Part shown: positions 58,036 to 64,000 of the stretch, piece by piece
Position numbering within the stretch: the stretch's first letter is position 1
Layout: every line of letters begins with the position of its first letter
Virus record (IMG/VR): IMGVR_UViG_3300042894_004766
Coordinates: 35,792 to 99,791 of that record
From: a virus
Direction: 5' to 3' (one strand)
DNA length: 64,000 nt
Position numbers and translations under genes: made by a program
The notes under the pieces: model-generated
Told to the model about the DNA's origin: nothing
Databases searched by the model: none
What the model saw: the letters and a program-made list of their open reading frames with translations, nothing else

Positions 58036-59007
58036 TTAGACTGGGTTTTTTAATATATCTCTAAATTTTCCTATAATTGTAATTCCTAATATAAGAGGAT
58101 CTGTTGCAGTTTCCAACTTAGAAGTATAATCTGCAATTACATAAGCAGTTTCAAATAATTTATTGACACTTTCTTTTTTATCTGTAATACACCAATCAAT
58201 AAAAGGTTTTCCTAATAATTTAATCATCACATCAATTTTCTCAGCCCCAAAGTTTGACATTAGAAAATGATATGTTTTCTCAAAGTCTAAATCTTCATAT
58301 AAAGTATTATAAAGTTCTAACTTCACTTTTGCAGAAACATTACCTGTTCCATCACTTATAGAACCTGTTTCTAAATAACTTTGAACTTCAACTAATACTG
58401 AACGAAAATCTGGAAACTTTTTAGTAATAATGTTGACTAAATCTTCTTTTGGTATCTCTGATTCTTCTTTAGGAAGAATTTCATTGGTAATCTTTTTATA
58501 AATTTCTTGTTTAAGATATTTTTCTTCTTCTACTCCTTGACAATCAAATCCAATTTGTTTAATTCTTGATTTTAGTCCATCAGATATTTTGTTTATATGG
58601 TTCGTTGTAATGATAAAACGAACATTTCTGTTGTATCTTTCTATAAAAGCTTTAAAAGCATCTTGGAAGTTCGCAGAAACTCTTTCAAACTCATCTAGGA
58701 ATACATATTTAATATCTGAATTAGTATCCATCATAGGAGTAAATTTACAGAAGTTATCAATTTCAGTTCTAAGAACATCAATTGATGTATCCATTGAACA
58801 GTTTAATTCTAAGTAAGGAGTTTCTTTTGAGTATCTACCGATTAGTATTCTAGCTAAACTAGTTTTACCGGTTCCGTAGTGACCGTGAAAGATATAGTGT
58901 TGGTTTACACCACTTTCTAATTCTTTTCTAATTCTTGGAAGTAATATGATGTCTTCGATAGTTTTCGGACGCCACTTTTCCCATAATAATAATTTATTTA
59001 CTGACAT
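58036..59007 (-). CDS. gp44: Sliding-clamp loader large subunit (gp44/RFC-like)
   Basis: WEKWRPKTIEDIIL, GHYGTGKT, FLDEFE, SRI, FPDFR. Confidence 0.93.
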   Translation of the reverse strand: MSVNKLLLWEKWRPKTIEDIILLPRIRKELESGVNQHYIFHGHYGTGKTSLARILIGRYSKETPYLELNCSMDTSIDVLRTEIDNFCKFTPMMDTNSDIKYVFLDEFERVSANFQDAFKAFIERYNRNVRFIITTNHINKISDGLKSRIKQIGFDCQGVEEEKYLKQEIYKKITNEILPKEESEIPKEDLVNIITKKFPDFRSVLVEVQSYLETGSISDGTGNVSAKVKLELYNTLYEDLDFEKTYHFLMSNFGAEKIDVMIKLLGKPFIDWCITDKKESVNKLFETAYVIADYTSKLETATDPLILGITIIGKFRDILKNPV

Positions 59008-59053
59008 ATTTATCTCATTTTCTCATGAGTATATCTAAAATTATTAAAAAAGT

Positions 59054-59608
59054 TTATACTTTTGGACGACCAATTAAGTATTCTTCTTCTGTTACAGTAT
59101 GGTCTGGAAGAGTTCTTGTATAAACACCGTCACCAATCCAATTTATTTTAGATTGTGGAAAAACTTTACTTACTGTTTGTTTATCACAATATCTACAATC
59201 TGCCGCTATAAGTATTTCTGCGGGTCTTCCAGACACTTCTATCCAGAAGCCTTCTCTGTGTAGTAGAATAATCAATTGTTTCATTAATTCTTTTCTAGCT
59301 TCTTTTGTACCATCGTGACCCCAACCAGATATTTTATGTCCGTGAGATTCTCTTGAGAATATTACAACATCTGCATGTGGATCTTTATCTATATCAACTG
59401 CAGTCCAGAAAGTTAGATCAGGATCATTAACAACTGCTTCTGGTGAAGATACTCTAACGTGACCACCAAGTGGTTTATAAGCTAGATCAATAATTTCCCA
59501 TATTTCTTTTTTAAGTTTAGACCTATCTTCCATAGAAAGTTCAACCCATTTATTTTTATCAAATAAATCGGAGAATGTAAAGTCTTCAAATAATTTAATG
59601 TAATTCAT
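59054..59608 (-). CDS. CTS-tagged hypothetical protein (possible GNAT-like fold)
   Basis: Starts MNYIKLFEDF. Late promoter at 59614-59623. Confidence 0.7.
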   Translation of the reverse strand: MNYIKLFEDFTFSDLFDKNKWVELSMEDRSKLKKEIWEIIDLAYKPLGGHVRVSSPEAVVNDPDLTFWTAVDIDKDPHADVVIFSRESHGHKISGWGHDGTKEARKELMKQLIILLHREGFWIEVSGRPAEILIAADCRYCDKQTVSKVFPQSKINWIGDGVYTRTLPDHTVTEEEYLIGRPKV

Positions 59609-59656
59609 ATATCTATATATTAATTTAGAGACTTATATTTTTTAATATATACTTGT

Positions 59657-60529
59657 ATGATTGGAGATAGATTTAATTTTGAAGATGTATTCTTTAGAGA
59701 TTTAACAGTATGTGTGTTAGATACATTAGAAGGACAAGTAAAATGGGTAAATAAATTTACCTCAGGTGATAGATTTGTAGAAGTACCTTTTTATTACTCA
59801 ATGACAGGAGATGAGAGATTTTTATTGGATTCGTTTACTGATGATATAGTTTCTGGAGATTCTTCAGGTAATGGTAGATATGTGGAATTAAATACTGATA
59901 TTATACCTAGAGGACATCTAACAATGAAATCATTTGCAATCCGTTCAGATGAGTTTGCTAACCCAAATGTTTGGTTAAGAACTGTTGTAGAAAATGAAGT
60001 AGAAATCAGAAAAGTTTTAGGAAGAATTAGAGCAGTGCCGGTTACAGTTAGTTATGACTTAGTTATATTACTATCAAGTGAAATTGATAGTTTTAAATGT
60101 AGTCAGGCTGTTATGGATACATTATGGTTGTATAAGTTTATGTATTTTGAACATAACTTTATGAATATTGATGCGGTTATCTTAATGCCAGATTCAAATA
60201 CTATTGAGATGACTAGAGAAAAGAATTTAACTTCCGACAATTCAATAAAAATGACAGTTTCATTTGAAGTACAAACATATTATCCTGCATTTAGAAAGGA
60301 TAGAGCTGATTTCCCAGGTTATACAAAAGAAAATGGTGGTATGTCTGATCTTAATGGTTATGCTATTCAGGGTGGATATTCTGATTTCTTTAGTCAACCA
60401 CCTAACTCTAATGAAGGTTTCTTTGTTACACCTAAGAGAACACGTTGGTTTAATAACATTTTACGTGCTAGGGAACAAAGTTCTAGAAGGTATGATAACC
60501 CTAATGGGGATCAGGAAATAAAAAAATAA
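59657..60529 (+). CDS. gp15: Tail sheath stabiliser / tail terminator (gp15-like)
   Basis: VPFYY, IPRG, VPVTVSYDL, SFEVQTYYP. Late promoter at 59642-59651. Confidence 0.75.
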   Translation: MIGDRFNFEDVFFRDLTVCVLDTLEGQVKWVNKFTSGDRFVEVPFYYSMTGDERFLLDSFTDDIVSGDSSGNGRYVELNTDIIPRGHLTMKSFAIRSDEFANPNVWLRTVVENEVEIRKVLGRIRAVPVTVSYDLVILLSSEIDSFKCSQAVMDTLWLYKFMYFEHNFMNIDAVILMPDSNTIEMTREKNLTSDNSIKMTVSFEVQTYYPAFRKDRADFPGYTKENGGMSDLNGYAIQGGYSDFFSQPPNSNEGFFVTPKRTRWFNNILRAREQSSRRYDNPNGDQEIKK

Positions 60530-60552
60530 ATAAAAATAAAAAAAGGAAAAAA

Positions 60553-60576
60553 ATGGCTTTTTTACCTTAATATATA
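60553..60576 (+). promoter_or_regulatory. Late promoter (ATG-N13-AATATATA)
   Basis: ATGGCTTTTTTACCTTAATATATA, a near copy of the minus-strand site at 8491-8519. Confidence 0.75.
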
Positions 60577-60607
60577 GTTTATATAAAAAAAATAATAAAT
60601 TAGAAAT

Positions 60608-61891
60608 ATGAAGAATCTTAAACTTGAATTGTTTAACTTCAAAAAGGATCTTTCTCTTGATCAAGAAGAAATATCTACAATTGTAGAAGGACATATGAAT
60701 GCTTGTAATCAACATTCAGAGAAAACTATAATTACTTCTCTTAATGAAAGATTAAAACCTTATACTTATGATAAGAGTGTGAAGTTATTATTAGAGAGTC
60801 TTAATGATGATGTGGCAGCTTTTGAATTATTATATGAATTGAAAAATTTATATGGAGTTCTTAATACTAGAAACCAAGGAGAACTTTACAGACAACCTAT
60901 AAATGTATTATTACAAACTATTAACCTTGAAACAGATCAAGATAGAATGTCAAAAATTCTTAATGAATTAGCTATTTATGACTGGGTTCCAGAAATTAAA
61001 GTTTTTGTTCATAATTTAACAAAATCTCCAGAAAAAAGATCTAATCTTTTAAGCGGTGGTAATGCTGAATCAATTTTTACAATTGTTGAACAAGTTGAAG
61101 AAGGACACGTTGCTTTAGTTAGAGATTCTTGGTTCTTATTAACTGAAAATACTATTGAGAAAACATTATTAGAAAACCACGTTAAAGATACTGAATCTTT
61201 AAAAAGTTTAAGAACTTTAGAAACTGCTATGAAATATTCAACAGTTACAGAAAGTAGAATTAACTTTAGAGTTTCTGAATATTTGACAATTGGTTTAGCT
61301 GTTGGTAAAAAAGGTGGTTTATATATCAATGATGATGAATTAAATGAAGAAACTACATTAGAAAGTTTATTCAATTCTCCAATTATTCCAATCGTTAACA
61401 AAAACTTTTATCCAGTTTTATTAGAAACTTCTAAAAACTTAGATAAATTTGTTGAGTTAGACGTTGTAAAAAGAGTTAATAACTTAGTAAACCCTTATTT
61501 AGAGGTATTTGCGTTCAACTACAAAAACAATACATTTGTTTACAGATGTGATGAAAGATATGGTAACTCATTCTTTAAATACGAATCTGCATTAGAATTA
61601 GTAAATGAAGTAAGAAATGAATTAAACTATGATTTAACTTATTTCTTTGAAAATAAATTAAACAAAGAAATCGTTGTTAAAAGAAAACTTGAAGACAAAG
61701 AAAGAGAAATCACTCTTAAATTAGAAGATGTTGAATTTAATATTGATAAAATCAAAGGATCATTGAAAATGATTGGTGAGTCAGAAGTTCTAACAACTGC
61801 ACTTAAAAATTTAGAGAAAAGACAAACTAATCTTAGTTCTGAATTACAAGCTGTTAAAGAATTACAATACAAAGAAAGAATTAAAGGATAA
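60608..61891 (+). CDS. Late protein rich in (L/I/V)xE sites, possible prohead core protein
   Basis: Many LNE/LLE/LTE/VTE/IVE triplets, C-terminal coiled coil, own late promoter and terminator. Confidence 0.5.
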   Translation: MKNLKLELFNFKKDLSLDQEEISTIVEGHMNACNQHSEKTIITSLNERLKPYTYDKSVKLLLESLNDDVAAFELLYELKNLYGVLNTRNQGELYRQPINVLLQTINLETDQDRMSKILNELAIYDWVPEIKVFVHNLTKSPEKRSNLLSGGNAESIFTIVEQVEEGHVALVRDSWFLLTENTIEKTLLENHVKDTESLKSLRTLETAMKYSTVTESRINFRVSEYLTIGLAVGKKGGLYINDDELNEETTLESLFNSPIIPIVNKNFYPVLLETSKNLDKFVELDVVKRVNNLVNPYLEVFAFNYKNNTFVYRCDERYGNSFFKYESALELVNEVRNELNYDLTYFFENKLNKEIVVKRKLEDKEREITLKLEDVEFNIDKIKGSLKMIGESEVLTTALKNLEKRQTNLSSELQAVKELQYKERIKG

Positions 61892-61907
61892 TCTTTAAAC
61901 TTATATT

Positions 61908-61943
61908 AAAAATACTCAAACGAAAGTTTGAGTATTTTTTTTT
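61908..61943 (+). terminator. Intrinsic terminator
   Basis: AAAAATACTCAAAC-GAAA-GTTTGAGTATTTTTT. Confidence 0.85.
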
Positions 61944-62012
61944 AAACTTTTTTAAACGAATATATATAACATGAATGAATAGCATTACAGAGTTCATCTC
62001 TGAAAAAAATAA

Positions 62013-62387
62013 ATGCTATATATGTACCTGAATAATAAAGAATTATACATTGAGATCATAGTGTCAAAAGCACAAGGTCGATTAACGAGAAATGCGGAAA
62101 AAATGCTAGAATTACTAGCGAAAAAAACAATAAAAAAAATGAGATACTGGTCTAATGATGACAAGTTAGATTGCTACCAAAGTGGTTTATTAGACATGTT
62201 TCAAAACTGGTATAACTTCAATGAAGATAAGTCGATTAATGCGTTTGCTTATTTCACAGAGATATTCAAAAGAGGATTGGCAAAAGGATGGAATGACCTT
62301 TATAAAAAGAAAGGTGATAATGAACATCAAATTAGACTTATATCAATAAATAGTGCCAATGACGGAAATGGATTACACTCAATTTAA
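62013..62387 (+). CDS. gp55: Late-transcription sigma factor (gp55-like)
   Basis: YLNNKEL, NFNEDKSINAFAYFTEI, as in the gp55 N(F)D..K..NPFAYFTQI motif. Confidence 0.85.
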   Translation: MLYMYLNNKELYIEIIVSKAQGRLTRNAEKMLELLAKKTIKKMRYWSNDDKLDCYQSGLLDMFQNWYNFNEDKSINAFAYFTEIFKRGLAKGWNDLYKKKGDNEHQIRLISINSANDGNGLHSI

Positions 62388-62388
62388 C

Positions 62389-62511
62389 ATGAACAACCTA
62401 TTTGATATAGTTGTAGATCCAGGATTTCGTACCGCAACTATAACAAGGGGATTAATTTTTCCAAAGGAAGTTATAAGAAAGAAAAAGATAAAAAACTTAT
62501 TTAATTTTTAG
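62389..62511 (+). CDS. Small protein, 40 aa (not in ORF track)
   Basis: MNNLFDIVVDPGFRTATITRGLIFPKEVIRKKKIKNLFNF, starting 1 nt after the gp55 stop. Confidence 0.5.
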   Translation: MNNLFDIVVDPGFRTATITRGLIFPKEVIRKKKIKNLFNF

Positions 62512-62537
62512 TATAGAATACTTTTAAAACAATTGTT

Positions 62538-62831
62538 ATGAATAAAGTTTATCTTCAAATCTGGGAAGAATCAATTATTAATGAAGGAACAAGACCTGAT
62601 GGTTGTTCTTTACATATAGATTTAGAATCAAATAAAAGGTATTTAAGATCTATCTATGAGTTTAGAGAGAATATGAGAATACCTAATGAATATGACTCTG
62701 CAGTCGGAGAGCCAATTGAAGTTTTAGTTAATGATAATGTATTTGAATTGATTAAAATTGAAAAAACAATTAGATTATTACAAAATGAATTTAATAATCT
62801 AATACAATTAAAAGATATATTAGTGGAATGA
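62538..62831 (+). CDS. Hypothetical phage protein
   Basis: WEES...GTRPDGCSLH motif. Confidence 0.7.
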   Translation: MNKVYLQIWEESIINEGTRPDGCSLHIDLESNKRYLRSIYEFRENMRIPNEYDSAVGEPIEVLVNDNVFELIKIEKTIRLLQNEFNNLIQLKDILVE

Positions 62832-63184
62832 TGAAACTTTTAACAATATTAACACCATTACTATTTATAATAAATATTTTGTACTTTATTGTAAATAAAG
62901 ATAGATTACAAAAAAAATCTTTTGAAAAAAATATAGAAAGTGTTAAATTTACTGAAGTTTTATTCTATTATATAAACCTATTCTTTTACATTTTTATATT
63001 ATTGGGTACATTTACTGGTGATAATATTTGTATTGTATTATTTGTGTTATATCTAATTAAGTTTCCAATCTATCACATAAATAAAAAGATATATAAAGTA
63101 TATTCTTATTTATATCCTTATATGAATATAATAATTTTACTATACTCTATATTCCAAATTTCTTTAAGTGTTGCTCAGTTATGA
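62828..63184 (+). CDS. Multi-pass membrane protein
   Basis: About 4 hydrophobic segments. Confidence 0.6.
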   Translation: MMKLLTILTPLLFIINILYFIVNKDRLQKKSFEKNIESVKFTEVLFYYINLFFYIFILLGTFTGDNICIVLFVLYLIKFPIYHINKKIYKVYSYLYPYMNIIILLYSIFQISLSVAQL

Positions 63185-63674
63185 TAATAAACTCATAACC
63201 TTTCTTATTACACCAAGAAATCATAGTTTCCCATTTATTCTTATTCTTATAAGCCATTTTAAGATCGTACTCGAAGTTTTTTAACTTCTTTAGTCCATTT
63301 GTAGGTACATTCATTTTACCTTCATTTAAGTCTATTACCATTTGATATTCTTTCATTGGTTTAACTTCCACTACAACTCTTTTTCTACTTCCATCTGGGA
63401 GTTGCATTTCATAATAAAAGTCTGGATAATAACAATGTTCTTTTACTCTCATATCACCATTATCAAAGTGAGTCATTTGATATGGAATCTTTAAACACTC
63501 TGCACCCCACATTAAGATATTTGAGTTATTATCTAACCAAGTCATTATTCTTTTTTCCCAAGAGCTTCTAAAATAAACACCACCATTAGTATTTAGTTTC
63601 ATTACTTTGTTTTTGTTCACTGGGATAAAGTTTCCTTGATTATAGTTCTTATTATTTGGTTTTGAATTTATCAT
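63147..63674 (-). CDS. gp4: Head completion nuclease (gp4/TnsA-like)
   Basis: YFRSSWE, WGAE..IPY, YYPDFY, VEVKP, NKNKW, F.IITE. Confidence 0.9.
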   Translation of the reverse strand: MINSKPNNKNYNQGNFIPVNKNKVMKLNTNGGVYFRSSWEKRIMTWLDNNSNILMWGAECLKIPYQMTHFDNGDMRVKEHCYYPDFYYEMQLPDGSRKRVVVEVKPMKEYQMVIDLNEGKMNVPTNGLKKLKNFEYDLKMAYKNKNKWETMISWCNKKGYEFIIITEQHLKKFGI

Positions 63675-63706
63675 ATTTTATATATAAATAAAAAATATTT
63701 CTCTTT

Positions 63707-64000
63707 ATGGCAGAGTTATTAGAACGTGTTAAGTTAAGTTTACTTTATAATGGTAATGGAATAGTTGAAAACTTTAAAAATAATTCACTTTTCTTTTATG
63801 ATAGATATAATAAATCAGATAAAGATGTTGAATCTATCAACATTAAAGATATATATCCAGGTGGCTTTTACTTTTTTCACTATAAAGACGATTCAAATTG
63901 GATGAAATATGCCCCAGTATTCATAGTTGATTTTAAAAAATTTGAAGATAAGGTAATTCTATTTGCAGTCAATTTCAACTTTGTACCAATGGAGATAAGA
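63707..64000 (+). CDS. gp2: DNA end protector protein (gp2-like), 3'-truncated
   Basis: Manual translation ...IYPGGFYFFHY...YAPVF...AVNFNFVPMEIR. Divergent from gp4. Confidence 0.7.
   Translation, partial: MAELLERVKLSLLYNGNGIVENFKNNSLFFYDRYNKSDKDVESINIKDIYPGGFYFFHYKDDSNWMKYAPVFIVDFKKFEDKVILFAVNFNFVPMEIR

Noticed and set aside
1616-61872. Numerous short antisense ORFs in the track (e.g. 1616, 4637, 11156, 20185, 54295, 61009)
   Set aside because: They lie opposite well-supported genes and have the Ser/Leu/Phe-rich composition typical of antisense shadows.
1-64000. Stop-codon reassignment as in Lak or some crAss-like phages
   Set aside because: Core genes are full length in code 11, and TAG and TGA end genes at sensible positions.
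1-64000. tRNA, rRNA or large structured ncRNA
   Set aside because: Intergenic gaps are short and AT-rich and are accounted for by promoters, terminators and small ORFs. No cloverleaf was recognised by eye; tRNAscan or Infernal would be needed to exclude one.

Overview
Very AT-rich, gene-dense segment of a T4-like (myovirus) jumbo phage, read in standard code 11. The host is almost certainly Bacteroidota, judged from a Flavobacterium-type NusA, TAnnTTTG promoters, Gln-after-signal-peptide exported proteins and A-rich leaders without obvious Shine-Dalgarno sequences. T4 core homologues are scattered on both strands among accessory genes: gp52 topoisomerase, gp17/gp16 terminase, gp18 sheath, gp19 tube, gp26/gp51, gp47, gp25, gp44, gp15, gp55, gp4 and gp2. 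Four patterns stand out. (1) About 16 otherwise unrelated late proteins share an N-terminal tag M(K/R)x(L/I)Kx(F/Y)ExF resembling the T4 capsid-targeting sequence, suggesting a large packaged/injected payload that includes SET, isochorismatase-like and ParB-like enzymes. (2) Three stand-alone fragments or degenerate paralogues of the major capsid protein are present, possibly immune decoys. (3) A three-class promoter code is readable from the DNA: host TAnnTTTG, AAAC-N17/18-TATAAT, and ATG-N13-AATATATA. (4) Accessory genes include a minimal PolA/T7-RNAP-like polymerase, catalytically dead ligase and peptidase homologues, candidate anti-defence enzymes and Clp-adaptor-type motifs. No tRNA, rRNA or CRISPR array was seen. 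All family assignments come from motif recognition by eye, not database searches.
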